In this document: positions 13,065 to 24,349 of the stretch, one piece after another
How positions within the stretch are numbered: position 1 is the first letter of the stretch
Layout of the letters: each line of letters starts with the position of its first letter
NCBI GenBank assembly: GCA_020891255.1
Contig: BQFW01000015.1
Coordinates: 2,232,001 to 2,296,000 of the forward strand
Reading direction: 5' to 3'
DNA length: 64,000 bases
Origin: Entomortierella parvispora E1425
Lineage: Eukaryota; Fungi; Mortierellomycota
Notes under the pieces: model-generated
What the model was told of the DNA's origin: nothing
Databases searched by the model: none
The model's input: the letters and a program-made list of their open reading frames with translations, nothing else
Made by a program: the position numbers and the translations under genes

Positions 13065-14249
13065 AAAGAAATGAGAGAAGAAGAAAAACAACAAAATACT
13101 CAACATTCTTCACTTTCAAATAGATCGGCGGAAGGACAATTCGGGTGGATCATGTACAAAACTACAAGGTGCCTAAGGTCTTTGATGAAGATGGAAATGA
13201 GGTGGAGCCGGATGAGGAGACTATCAACAATGCTGCGCCCAAGCCCATCGTTCAAGGTAACTTTGCTCAATGGAATATCTGAATGGGGTTTTCGAATTCA
13301 TTTTTTTTTTCTTTTTTCTTTTTTCTTTTGGTGTTCCTAACCATGTTTCGTTTTCCCCTCTTGCCTCTTCCTCACTCAAATCTATCTAGAATCAGAAGGA
13401 GATGACGATGATTCGAGCGATGAATCTGAAGTGGACGACAAAGGAATCGACATTGATGACCCTATGCGTGAATACTTGCTCAAGAAGCGGAGAAAGGAGG
13501 CTCAAAAGGCCAAGCGCAAGGCTGAGAAGAAGGAGGGCAAGAAATCCTCGGCTTCCAAGGCGGAGCGAAGAGCCAAGAAAGAGCAAAAGAAGGCGTCCAA
13601 GAAGCTGCAGGAAGGAGACAATGGCCTGGATGCAGACATCAAGATAGAGAAGAAGGAGGAAGACACGCAGGACTCGGCCATCAAAAAAGAGGAACAGGAC
13701 CCTGCAGACAAACTGATCAAGAAGGAGGAAGACCAAAGTGTTATCTCACCAGCATCTGCAACTGCGGACAGGACTTCAAAGGAGCGCATCATGAACAAAC
13801 TGGAAGATCTTAAAATCAAGCGGGAAGAAGACAGTCCAAGGACACGGCCCTTGTCACCGGGCCGTTCAGAGCGTAGTCGCGATGGTCGTGAGGACCGATC
13901 TGGTCGACGATATGATTCGCGTCGGTCAAGCTCTAGATCCCCCCCTAGAAGGAGCTACAGAGACCGATCTCGATCCCGATCCCCATCTTATCGAGACAGG
14001 AGGCGAGGAGGACGCGATAGCTCTCTGGATCGTAGAGATCGTGGTTACAGCGGACGAGATAGCTATAGCGGCAGTGGCTCTAGGAGGAGACGCAGTCCGT
14101 CGCCAGCCTACCGATCTTCAAGGAGGTCTCGGAGTCGTAGTCCCCCTCCACGATCCAGGGGAGAGTACTCCCGTCGATCACCCTCCCCAAGGAGACGTCG
14201 GAGCAGCCGCAGTCCAAGTCCTGCAAGACGCTTGTCTCCCAAGCCATGA
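12587..14249 (+). CDS. RBMX2: RES-complex RRM protein (RBMX2/Ist3/Snu17/Cwf29) with acidic, Lys-rich and RS-rich tail; 4 exons
   Basis: A 5-nt ATGAA first exon splices to [78 protein letters not shown], then IGGRTIRVDHV and DDPMREYLL. Arg/Ser-rich C-terminus. Confidence 0.92.
13028..13064. repeat. (AAAG)n microsatellite in RBMX2 intron 2
   Basis: Perfect tetranucleotide run visible directly. Confidence 0.95.
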
Positions 14250-14790
14250 TGCAATCACCGATATTGCTCGGACTGTACTCTAGAGATCAAAAATGTACAC
14301 GTTGTATACAATCTTCACTGGTCTTTATGTTTTCACTCTCTTTGTCGAATGGGAAGGGTTCAATGACGAGCTGCAGATCCTAGTCGTGTTCCAAATCCCA
14401 AGGCAGTGGGATCATAAGTAGACTTCACTGTCCATTCAGTTTCAAATATCTCAAAGTAGAAAGTCAATCATTTCGTGGCGGTGATCTTGGAGTGGTTGGC
14501 CAAATGACCAAATATGAACGTGGGAGTCATGCCCATGTCCGGGCACACGGCCCGCAAGGCCATGTGGACTAAACAAAAAAAGTTTGGCCTGACAAACAGA
14601 CAAACATGAATCATCACATAATCAAAAAAAAACAATGGGCGTCATCATGCCGCTGCTGTGCCCGTTGCGCAAAGCCCACATTCCGCTTTTGTATTGGCAT
14701 CGAAGATGTTGAGAAAGGATTGACTTTTTTATTTTGACAGGATGAATGAATCTAGCGAGGTTGGGCCTGTCTTTTTTTTTGTCTTTTTTT

Positions 14791-16506
14791 TTACATGGGC
14801 ACCAAACCTCCGATGGGCGCGATGCCCTCGAAGCCTGATGGGCAGCCAAACTCATACCTCCGCTCCCAGAAGCCAAGGGCGGCAGTGAAGTGGAAGTAAA
14901 CACCTCCGAGAACGCACAAGTGCCAGAGCTGATGGGAAGATCCCAAATGGTCAAACCGACCAGGCAACAGGCGCTCGGGGTATTGGTTAGCATAGACAAA
15001 CACGCCCAACAGGTAGGATCCCATCGACTTGAGGAGAGGCGTGATCCACTCCAGGGTAGGTCCAGCTCCCTGGATCAAGGCCAAATGGAACACGGGCAAC
15101 AAGGCCGAAGCAGCCATGGAGATGAAGAAGGTGATACGAAGCCAGCGTGTCTCTACATGGTTTGCAAAGGGGTGAAGGAAAAAGAAAAAGGAAAAGAGAG
15201 TTAGAGACAGCTTTTTCTTCTAGACACAAACGCAAAAAAGGACCACATGCGCGACATTGAGAGCAACGTGGAGGTGAAGGTCTCTTTCTCTGGGCTGATC
15301 GAAATTAAAGCACCGAGTCCACCAAGGTGGGTGGGGAGACGTTTATCCGCGTGGGTTTTTTTTTCATTTCCAGCCCGCCCGGCTTATGGTTTTCCTTTTT
15401 TTTTTTTTTTTTTTTTTTTTGTTGAGTTGCAGCAGTCATTTACCTTTCTGATCAAACCAGGACAGCCAGGGGACAACTACACCGGCGACTCCAAACATAG
15501 ACGTCGCAAAGATGTACGAGTTGCGGAAGGTGGCCTCGCAGTAGAAGCCGTAGTACTCGGTCACGACCACACTGGCGGCAATCAGGACCGAGATGCCAAC
15601 ATAGTCGAGGCAGGCCATGCACTTCATCGTGCCTTCGTGCGCAATCTGCGCAAACGTGTGCCAGAGCGAGGACATCAAGAGGCACTTGTAGACAGCCAGG
15701 AAGAAGACCATAAACACCAACTTGTCGTATCCGTCCGCAGGGACAAAGGGCAGGTGGCGTCCATTAGTCGAGGGCGAAGGTGTCGTGAAGTAAGGGTTTT
15801 CACCCGAGAAGAAATAGATGCCCACAGCCAAAAAGTAGAAAAAGCCCAACAGATGTGTCCAGATGTTGCCAGACTCGTTGTGGACGTAAAAGATGGACTT
15901 GAAGCACTGAGTCTTGGAGGAGAGGAAGCGGTACCCTGAGAGGATGTACTTGTTCTCCTGCCACTGCTCAGGCAACTCGTCAAACCGTAAGAGACGCTTG
16001 GCACCCGCGAGAGCAGCTCGACGGGGTGCATCAATGGTGTCGATGGTGTAATCAATGATGGCCCGACTGTCGACCTTCTCGAGCATCCCCATCGCATCGT
16101 CCATCCGCTCAAACGACGTCTGCTCAAGCTCGACATATTTCTCCTCCAGAATGGCAATGGCCGTGCTCAGTTTGTCCCGGAGTGTTGATTTGGCCTGCAG
16201 CGCCTGTTTATAGGTTGTGTCCATGATCTTGAGCGTGGCCCGGACCTTGTCGTCGATCGAAGGCATCTCCAAGGTCGCATATATCTCTTCGAGCTCACGG
16301 AGAGTAGAGTCGACCTTCTCCAGCGAGGGTGCCTCGATGGATCGCAGCTTGGACTCGATCTTGTAGAGGAGGGTGTCGAGCTTGTCCAGGATAGCAGAGT
16401 CGATGCCCTCGAGATCAAGGGGGAGCATGGCAGCGGCCTTGACCGCTGCAGCCTGCACTCCTTGCCGGACCGAGCTCGAACGGGTTCTCTTTTTCAGTTC
16501 TGACAT
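14791..16506 (-). CDS. PAQR/hemolysin-III family membrane protein (Izh/adiponectin-receptor-like) with coiled-coil N-terminus. Exons 16506-15444 and 15152-14791
   Basis: LLRFDELPEQWQENKYILSGYRF, HNESGNIWTH, SSLWHTF..LDYVGIS, YPERLLPGRFD..GSSHQLWH carry the three Zn-binding motifs. The GT-AG intron keeps frame (WFDQK|ETRWLRITFF). Confidence 0.92.
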
Positions 16507-16779
16507 GATATGATGTCTGTGTATATATAGGTTGTGTGTATGTGTGTGTGTTTGTAAGCGGAAGAGGCAAATGGATTTGTGGAGTGGAGGTGGGGGTCTG
16601 GATCAGTCTCCTTGGGGTGGATCAAGTATAGGATGCAAAAGGGATGAACAGATGAATGAGCAAGCAGGCAGCAGAGGGGAATAAACCGAGATGATGGATT
16701 GCAATGAGGGTTGGTTCTACTGGTCTAATGAGGATGAAGAATATGTAATGTACAGCGAGATTGAAATGCCAAATGCAGA

Positions 16780-17100
16780 AATGGAATGGAGAGAAGAAAA
16801 GAATGAGGGGAATGAAGAAGATAAGTTGTCGAGGACAAGGGGGAGATAACGGAAATTGAAGAAAAGGAGGAAACGGGCGGCGGGTAGGGAAAAGAGAGGA
16901 TTGTTGACGCGGAAGGTAGGAGAGGGAGAAAGAGAGGTAGAGACGGAGAGAGGAAGAGATGGAGAGAGGAGGAGAGGAGGAGAGGAGAGAAGAAAGAGGG
17001 ATGGAGATGAGAAGAGATGGATGAACAGATTCGATTCGGAAGGGAACAGTGGAGGAAGGAAGGAAGGGAAAAAAAAAAAAAAAAAAAAAAAAAAGAGCAG
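16780..17100 (-). promoter_or_regulatory. Purine-rich (+ strand)/pyrimidine-rich (- strand) tract and poly-A in the divergent PAQR / RTG2 intergenic region
   Basis: GA-rich low-complexity tract and an A-run of about 25 nt. Overlapping ORFs are compositional artefacts. Confidence 0.5.
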
Positions 17101-17785
17101 GCACACACCACACCACTGCACACCTCTCCACCGCACACCTCAATTGCACACACCTCGCTTTTTATCTCACAGACACAGCGCAGCCAATCGCGCGCGAGAC
17201 CCTCCGGTGGCGGCTTTGTTTGCCCTTGGAATGTGTCTGTGTGAACCAGTCGTGCTCTCGTTGTGTCCTCTCTCTCGTCGGAGCATGCTCCCAAAGCACA
17301 GGGAAAGAACGACTGCCTGCCTGCTGGGCACGGCTCCCATTCACTCGTACATGTACATGTACCGTATGTACAGTACATCCAAGCAGACCGACCTTGCAGT
17401 TACCTCTCGTCGTGATCCGTCTGCTCTTCTCTTTTTTCCCTGAGCCATTTCTCTCGTGTTCCTGTATCCCGTGTCGATCTGCAAGCAATTGCCGCTCTCT
17501 GCAGGTCAGCCCAGTTCAGTCCAGTCCAGCCCAGTTCAGACCACACACAACAAGCATTACTTTGCTCTTCTGACGCACCCATGCATCCACATCCCTCCAG
17601 ACTATCGCCCCTGCCGTAATCGCAAACAACGCGTCGTCGTCCCCCAGTTGCTGCCCTCAAATCGTCTCTATCACGCTGCACGCTCCGACCACCCCACTCG
17701 CTGCCCCTTATCTCTTTCTTGCTTTTTCCCACTCTCTTTCTCCATTTGATTGCATCCACTCGACTCACCACCCCCCATTCAGACC

Positions 17786-20323
17786 ATGCCGCCCGTCGCT
17801 GTTGGCTGTATTGATTCCCTGAGGGGTATCTTTTCTTCTTCTTCCTCCACTACCACCCCAAACTCTCGCACTCATTCTTCTGCCCATACTTCCTCCACCT
17901 CGCTCTCCTCAGGCTTCTCCAATGGCTCTTCTGGGATCAATGCCCCCCTGGCCATTGTCGACATGGGCAGCAACGGCATTCGATTTGGTATCATTGCCTC
18001 TCTCGACCGCCACCTCCCTGTTCTTTATGAAGAGCGTGCACCCATCTCTCTCTTCGAGGCCCAGTTTGCTAATGACGACGATGTAAACGACGACAGCCTC
18101 TTTTTCAACAACGGTGCCGGGGCAAGTTCGCCTTCTCCAAAGGGGAAGCCATCTCTCCACCGCGTCTCGACCAGCAGGTCTGCTGTACCAGGCTCCATCT
18201 CCAATTCCGCCACAATTGCTGTTATGGGAGGACAGGAGGCAGAGGACTATGAGAACGAGGATCAGGACGCAGACGACGATCTTTTGGACGATCGTGACTA
18301 TCAAAACGATGATACCCAGGCCGCCCTGAGACGCACCTTGGTGGCCACCGAGGACAACGACATTACCGTTGTCCTTAACCCTGCTCAGGGAAAGAATGGT
18401 CTGGCCAAAGGCCTCACCGCCACAGGATCACCGCCCGAGCGAAGACCGATCAGTGAAAAAGTTATTGATGAGGTCGTGCGCACTTTTGAGCGCTGGCAGG
18501 CTCTCTGCCGTCAGGCCAATGTCCAGACTGTGCGCGTCATTGCAACAGAGGCAACGCGAACTGCTCCCAACTCTCAAGAATTCCAGGCCAGGATCAAGGC
18601 TGCGACAGGTTGGACTGTGGAGCTCTTGTCCAAGGCTCAAGAAGCCAACATTGGTGCTTTGGGCGTCATGGCCTCTTACCACACTGTCGAGGGCTTGTTT
18701 ATGGATCTTGGCGGTGGATCCGTTCAGTTGAATTACATTATCCGTGGCGCTACCGACGGTAAAGGCGAGAGCAGTTCCCACGCTCAATCCTGGCCCTATG
18801 GTGCTGCAGCGCTCTCCAAGCGACTGAACTTTTGTGGCCATGATCCGGAAGCAAGACAGATCATCTACGATGAGATGGTGTCGGCCTTCAAAAATGGATT
18901 GGACGACATTGAAATTGCCCCATTGGTGAGGGAGAGGAACGAGCGGGAAGGCGGGTACAGAATGTACCTTTCTGGTGGAGGGTTCCGTGCGCTGGGTTAT
19001 CTCTTGATGGCAGAAAAGATGAAAAAGAAGGATGGCTCCAGATACCCAATCCCCATCATCAATGGCTACGTCGCTACTGGAAAGGAATTGGCCAAGATCG
19101 TGCAAAAGTACAGACACCTGGCCCCTCAAGAGGTCGAGACAGCTTTCAGGGTCTCGAAGCGTCGCGCCAAACTTGTTCCTGCCTGTGCGACCTTGATGGC
19201 TGCTGTGATGGAAGTCATTCCTATCAAGGACGTGATGTTCTCAGAGGGCGGAGTACGACAAGGAGGATGCTTTGGCATGTTGCCAACCGAGATCCAGAAC
19301 AGAGATCCAGCCTTGGAGACCGTCAAGAGTTTTGTCAGAGCCTTTGGAGGAGGCCAGCCACCTTTGCATGAATCCGACCTCCACACCCTCAGTGCCTTTG
19401 TTTCCTCAGCTCTCCCTGCAGATTTCGGGAAGTGTTGTCTTTCTCCCGAGTCCACGTCTTCCTCAGCCGCTCCAGCGATTGCTCCCGACAACAAGGATGA
19501 GGGAGTGGAGGCATCAAAGACCAAAAAAAAGGGGATCAAGAGCAAGGGCGAGGACGCGGGAGAGGGACTTTCACCCAAGGATGCAGCGGATCTTGAAGTC
19601 TTTATCGCCAGTCTCCCGCGTTTGATTCCCATCCTGGTCCTAGTCATGAACTGCTACAATCAATTACCTAAGGAGGCGCGATCCACCGCCGCTTGGCAAC
19701 TGTTTCTTCCTGGAGGAGCCCTCGCCAACTGTTACGGATTGACGCATGGCGACCGTGCTATTCTGGCAACGGTTCTCTCCCAGCGTCACGAAGGAGACCT
19801 TGCAGACCCCGAAAGCGGTGACGCCATCAAGAAGTTGATTCCTGGTGGCAAGATCGCCAAGCAAGCATGCAAGTACCTGGGAAAGATCCTGGCCCTTGCA
19901 GGACTCTGCTCCCCCTTGCCTGGAATGGCCACCTTGCTGCTTGCGGGAGGGCCATCAAAACACGGGGGCCGTATCGTCTTTGAGCAGTCGCCTACTGATG
20001 ACAACAGACGCCACCGTCGAGATCCCGATCGCACTCGCGTAGGCGAAGATCCAGCCTCAGAGAATGAACTTGAGGAGGAGGAGGAACAAGGGGTTGTGAT
20101 CTTGCAAGCTGCACGCACACCAGAAGGCTTGACCACTCATGGACAGGTGGTGGTCCGTATCGAGAAGGGACACCCGTTGCTAGCAGCCCCGAACGTACAG
20201 GAAGCGATTGACTCCTTGGCCCAGGCAGCCAAGAAGGCACATGGATTCAGTGGCCCCGCACCTCATGTTCAAGGAGAAGATATCGGGTATATCGGCAAAG
20301 GCAAGGATGTTATCCACGCTTGA
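17786..20323 (+). CDS. RTG2: Ppx/GppA-family retrograde regulation protein Rtg2-like, intronless
   Basis: AIVDMGSNGIRF, VIATEATRTAPN, DLGGGSVQL (Gln where exopolyphosphatases have Glu, as in Rtg2), YLSGGGFRALGY, YPIPIINGY, FSEGGVRQG. The ORF track starts at a TTG; the first ATG is at 17786. Confidence 0.85.
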   Translation: MPPVAVGCIDSLRGIFSSSSSTTTPNSRTHSSAHTSSTSLSSGFSNGSSGINAPLAIVDMGSNGIRFGIIASLDRHLPVLYEERAPISLFEAQFANDDDVNDDSLFFNNGAGASSPSPKGKPSLHRVSTSRSAVPGSISNSATIAVMGGQEAEDYENEDQDADDDLLDDRDYQNDDTQAALRRTLVATEDNDITVVLNPAQGKNGLAKGLTATGSPPERRPISEKVIDEVVRTFERWQALCRQANVQTVRVIATEATRTAPNSQEFQARIKAATGWTVELLSKAQEANIGALGVMASYHTVEGLFMDLGGGSVQLNYIIRGATDGKGESSSHAQSWPYGAAALSKRLNFCGHDPEARQIIYDEMVSAFKNGLDDIEIAPLVRERNEREGGYRMYLSGGGFRALGYLLMAEKMKKKDGSRYPIPIINGYVATGKELAKIVQKYRHLAPQEVETAFRVSKRRAKLVPACATLMAAVMEVIPIKDVMFSEGGVRQGGCFGMLPTEIQNRDPALETVKSFVRAFGGGQPPLHESDLHTLSAFVSSALPADFGKCCLSPESTSSSAAPAIAPDNKDEGVEASKTKKKGIKSKGEDAGEGLSPKDAADLEVFIASLPRLIPILVLVMNCYNQLPKEARSTAAWQLFLPGGALANCYGLTHGDRAILATVLSQRHEGDLADPESGDAIKKLIPGGKIAKQACKYLGKILALAGLCSPLPGMATLLLAGGPSKHGGRIVFEQSPTDDNRRHRRDPDRTRVGEDPASENELEEEEEQGVVILQAARTPEGLTTHGQVVVRIEKGHPLLAAPNVQEAIDSLAQAAKKAHGFSGPAPHVQGEDIGYIGKGKDVIHA

Positions 20324-20349
20324 TTTTCCTCAAATAAAACAACCTCCGT

Positions 20350-21001
20350 CAAAGAAAAGAATGCTTTTGTATTGGCCTTGGTTCCCCCACCCGAGACAAA
20401 GGTTATCCTCGAGGATCACCATATCAATGCCTTGCTCCGATTTTCTAATATTGCTGGAGATCCCAAAGATATCAAAGCCCTCGCTTTGAAGGGCAACAAC
20501 AAACCCTTCAATTCTCGTTATACTAAGGGCAAGGCACTGCTTTTTCCTAGTCTTCTCCAAGACTCAACCCTTCAGCTCGTTGGAAAATGGGTGGGCAATA
20601 CCCCGGTGGGCTCGACCGGCAGCAGCATCAAAGTCACGATCTGGGAGCGGTGCTGTCTCGGATGTGAAGACCGATGCCACCTCCTTTGTCCATAGAAATG
20701 CCCTTTTAGGCATGGTGTTTACGGTCGAGTGGAGTGAGGACCCGGATGCGAAGCCCGGCATTCCGGATTGTTTGGATTGCCTCAAGTGAATGGATGACAT
20801 GTACGCCGAGTTATTAAAGGACTTCAAGGCCAACTATGGTCCTATTACTGGATACCAGAACTGCATCGACAAGGGCATCCCCGACTGGCAAAAACGCGTA
20901 CTATGGCCAGGCATTCCCAAAGCTGAAGCAGATCAAGAAGGATGTAGATCCTCAAAAATGAAAATGTTTTCCGTTTCCCCCAAGGCATCCCTCTTCCATA
21001 A
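20350..21001 (+). pseudogene. 3' fragment of a BBE-like FAD oxidase (fourth, decayed array member)
   Basis: Homologous to the C-terminal ~40% of the downstream oxidases (YTKGK.L..P.LL.DSTL.L.GKW; EW.EDP.AKPGIPDC; NYGP..GYQN.ID). It has a +1 insertion near 20646, TGG>TGA at 20787-20789, another +1 in an A-run near 20890 and an AAAATG duplication near the end. The 5' half is missing. Confidence 0.88.
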
Positions 21002-21699
21002 GGACTGAAAAGCCGGGGTGGTCTCTTTTTTCATACCCTGCTTGATCCAATTGTCCTATCGTGGCATTAAAGTCAACATATCTATGCAATTGTTGGGTTC
21101 TCATAGATGGCATTCATCTTTGCCTAAAACCTGTGGCTCGACTATAACTACCACCGCTGGTGATTTTCATGGCTGCCATGACATCCGATGTCCAAAACAG
21201 CCTAGTGGCCTAGAGTATAGGTCAAAAGCGTGGTCAATGGAAAAAAAAAAAGTCAATGCCCGCCTTGAACTGGTCTTCTACACCGTTTGATGCCATCTAG
21301 TCGCCGTTGGACTCGTGGTGAGAAAATCGTGACCACAATCGACGCGCCAATGACTGAAGTAGCGCACCTTCACCAGACGACTCAAAGTGCCAGATGAACT
21401 TTCAGCTTCCACGCTCCCACAGATTTTCTTGCCATGGGTATCGTCTACACCTCACCGTCCTCAAATGTGAAGCGATTGCTTTCCCAAATCGGCGGATGAT
21501 GGATGTCATCTTTGCTAGGATGTCTTTGATGACGATGGGGCCTATTCCGTTAAGGACTTGTCCTATTTCAAACTGCAAATTTGCTCTCTCGTCTACGGCT
21601 ATCTTACTTTCCATTCATCTCCCATTTTTTTTTACTAATTTCTCTCCACTGTTTTGCATCTAACCTCCTGAACTTCTGGTGGGTCTATTGAGCATCGGA

Positions 21700-21706
21700 T
21701 ATAAAA
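21700..21706 (+). promoter_or_regulatory. TATA box of oxidase copy 1
   Basis: TATAAAA about 60 nt upstream of the ATG. The context (CCTCCTGAA..GGTCTA..ATCG..TATAAAA) is shared with copy 2. Confidence 0.6.
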
Positions 21707-21763
21707 GGACCTGGGGTCTTGGCTTTCTTATATTAACCCTTCCACCTAGCCATTGTCATTATC

Positions 21764-23344
21764 ATGCACATCCCGAGCCCGAGCGGCACAGCTTCCCTGG
21801 CGTTGCTCCTCTCCGCCTCTCTATTCTACTTTGCTCAGGCCGCCAGTATTCTACCTCGGCTTATAGTAATTCTAGAAGGCACAACCTCCGCTACCTCACC
21901 GATGGCCATTTTGCTCGCTTGTCTAAAGCCATTGGGTTCTAAAGTCTTGACCGAGAGCAACCTCAGATTTGAGCAGGAACGCTATGGGTTTTATCTGCGC
22001 TATACCTACCTGCCCCAAGTGATTGTCATGGCCTCAACCGTGCCCGATGTCCAAACTGCCACTAAGTGCGCCGCTGATGCCAAGGTACCCATTGCCCCTC
22101 GATCCGGTGGTCACTCCTTTGAGGGCTACGGTATCGGGGGCCAAGATGGCTCCATGGTCATTGATCTCACCGGCTTCAACAAGGTCGCTATCTCGGCAAG
22201 TGGAGTCGCCAAGGTTGGGGCAGGCGTGCGTCTAGGACCTTTATATCTGGAGCTGTTTAAGCAGGGCGGTTGGACTCTGAATGCGGGAACTTGTCCCTCG
22301 GTCGGCGTTGGCGGTCACACTCTTGGAGGTGGGTTTGGCTTCTTGAGTGGGAAGTATGGTCTTCTGATTGATAGTGTCCTGGAAATGGAATTTGTCAATG
22401 CCAAGGGGGAGGTGCTCACGGCCTCCGCCGACAGCAACCGCGATCTTTTCTTTGCCCTTCGAGGTGCAGGCAGTGGATCCTATGGTGTGGTTACTCAATT
22501 TACGTACCAGGCCTTTAAGTCTCTCCCTTTGGTGACTTCGTTCACCTATAATTGGCCTCTTGAAGACTGCAAAGGTGGCTTGCGGGCTTATAACGTGTTC
22601 CAGACAACACTCCAAACGGAAGCAGCGCGCGATATCGGCGTCGGATTAAAAGTTAGGCCCGACGGTTTGCAGTTGTGCGGCACTTATCAGGGTAACAAGG
22701 ATAAGCTAGAATTTATTGTCCAGCCTTTCCTGAACATGCTTCCCCCACCCGAGATGGTGGATGTCCGTGAAAGTCGTCAAATCGATGCACATCTCCGGTT
22801 TTCTTCTATTGATGGACATGATATCGAAGCTCTCGCTTTGATGAGTGAGAACAAACCCAAAGGTTCGCGATACGCTAAAGGCAAGTCTCTGGTCTACTCC
22901 AGCCTACTTCGGGACTCGACCCTTGAGCTCATGGGCAAATGGGCAGCAAAGAAACCAGAGGGCTCGACTGGCAACCATATCTATGCCAATATCTGGACCG
23001 GAGCCATCAGGGACGTGGAAAAAAATGCGACTGCCTTCATTCATAGGGATGCTCTTATGGTCTTTGAGTTTGTAGTCGAGTGGAATCATGACCCAAATGC
23101 CAAGGCAGGTATCCCAGAGTGTGTGGGTTGCTTGAAGTGGTTGAACGACATGTATGCAGAGTTCCTTGAGGACTTCAAATCCCACTATGGCCCTGTCCGT
23201 GGATACCAGAACTACATCGACCGGGATATCCCCAACTGGCAAGACGCGTACTATGGTGATGTTTTACCAAAATTGAAACGGATCAAGAAGGCCGTGGATC
23301 CTGGAGACACTTTTCGTTTCCCTCAAAGCATCCCTCTTCCTTAA
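21764..23344 (+). CDS. Secreted berberine-bridge-enzyme-like FAD oxidoreductase (AA7/GOOX-like), copy 1
   Basis: Signal peptide; PRSGGHSFEG (FAD-linking His); AGTCPSVGVGGHTLGGG (FAD-linking Cys); C-terminal BBE motif GYQNYID..YYG...LK.IKKAVDP..TFRFPQSI. Confidence 0.9.
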   Translation: MHIPSPSGTASLALLLSASLFYFAQAASILPRLIVILEGTTSATSPMAILLACLKPLGSKVLTESNLRFEQERYGFYLRYTYLPQVIVMASTVPDVQTATKCAADAKVPIAPRSGGHSFEGYGIGGQDGSMVIDLTGFNKVAISASGVAKVGAGVRLGPLYLELFKQGGWTLNAGTCPSVGVGGHTLGGGFGFLSGKYGLLIDSVLEMEFVNAKGEVLTASADSNRDLFFALRGAGSGSYGVVTQFTYQAFKSLPLVTSFTYNWPLEDCKGGLRAYNVFQTTLQTEAARDIGVGLKVRPDGLQLCGTYQGNKDKLEFIVQPFLNMLPPPEMVDVRESRQIDAHLRFSSIDGHDIEALALMSENKPKGSRYAKGKSLVYSSLLRDSTLELMGKWAAKKPEGSTGNHIYANIWTGAIRDVEKNATAFIHRDALMVFEFVVEWNHDPNAKAGIPECVGCLKWLNDMYAEFLEDFKSHYGPVRGYQNYIDRDIPNWQDAYYGDVLPKLKRIKKAVDPGDTFRFPQSIPLP

Positions 23345-24238
23345 GGACAGAAAAGCCTCGGCCTCGTTGTTCATTTTTTCACACGTCCCCTCACATTCCA
23401 TTGATCCAATTGTCATATCGTAGCATTAAAGTCAACATATCTCTGTCCTTGTTGGTACAGTGCTCACTTACGACGTACAATATGATAATCAAGCACGGGC
23501 GATTGGCATGACTGCCAATGCACCAGATGCGTGACACAGTGGGCGCAGTCAAGAAGCGTGGTCAAAAAAAAGAAAAAAAAAAGGTTCCAGTGCCCCTGTG
23601 CCGACCTGTTCTCGGGCTATTTGGGCGCCATCCCGTAGGCGCCGCTGCACCCGTGCAAGCACGAGTTGTAACCACAGATGACACGCCAATGACTGAAATA
23701 GCCTGCCTCCACCAAATACAGTAACTGGCTCTAGCCTGCTCTCCCCAGCCCGGAGGGACAGTAGCCCAGGAAACTAAGATTTCCCCTATTTTTACGCCCA
23801 CCTGCCCCGAGGATTGAAAACCCCGCGCTTTGCTGACCGAAGTTGCGGATCAACACTCAGTCTCTCTTATCGTTTGTTCCCAAAAATAGGACAACAGGGT
23901 CGCGCGCGCGTGAGAAGTACAAAACCCAAAAATATCGTCCATTCCTGGGGAGTCGGACAATGTACACGGGTGGTGGCTACTGTCCACGTCTGTGCTGAAC
24001 CGTCCGTTCTGCTGGGCTTGTGTTTGCCGAAAGCGGACCTGTGCTTGTATTTTTGTCATTGTTCGGTCGGTCGTTCGGTCGTCGTTCCTTTTTTTTTCTC
24101 TGCCGACAACCAGTCAGAATGTGGGTTTCTCTCCACATTGTTTTGAAGGAAGGAAGAAAGGAGGGAGAGAAAGGAAGCGGAGACGCCCTCCTGAATTATG
24201 ACAGGGCCATGAAGGTCTACGCCTTTTTGGGTATCGAG

Positions 24239-24245
24239 TATAAAA
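24239..24245 (+). promoter_or_regulatory. TATA box of oxidase copy 2
   Basis: TATAAAA upstream of a (CCT)n leader and the ATG at 24350. Same flanking context as copy 1. Confidence 0.6.
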
Positions 24246-24293
24246 AGAAACACTCTGGGGCCTCCTCCCTCATCATTCCTTCACAGACAACCG

Positions 24294-24334
24294 CCTCCTC
24301 CTCCTCCTCCTCCTCCTCCTCCTCCTCCTCCTCC
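24294..24334. repeat. (CCT)n trinucleotide repeat in the 5' leader of oxidase copy 2
   Basis: Perfect run of about 13 units. Confidence 0.95.
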
Positions 24335-24349
24335 CATTGCCTCTTTAAC

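Noticed and set aside
16622-17573. Overlapping 140-220 aa ORFs rich in F/S/L or K/R/E
   Set aside because: Translations of purine/pyrimidine tracts and poly-A in a divergent promoter.
1961-20323. Possible lipid-themed cluster (PON-like, flippase, PAQR, Rtg2)
   Set aside because: These are unrelated conserved genes interrupted by a splicing factor; nothing in the sequence supports co-function.
24020-24349. 110-aa N-terminal extension of oxidase copy 2 in the ORF track
   Set aside because: It spans the TATA box and (CCT)n leader; paralogue alignment and the signal peptide put the start at 24350.
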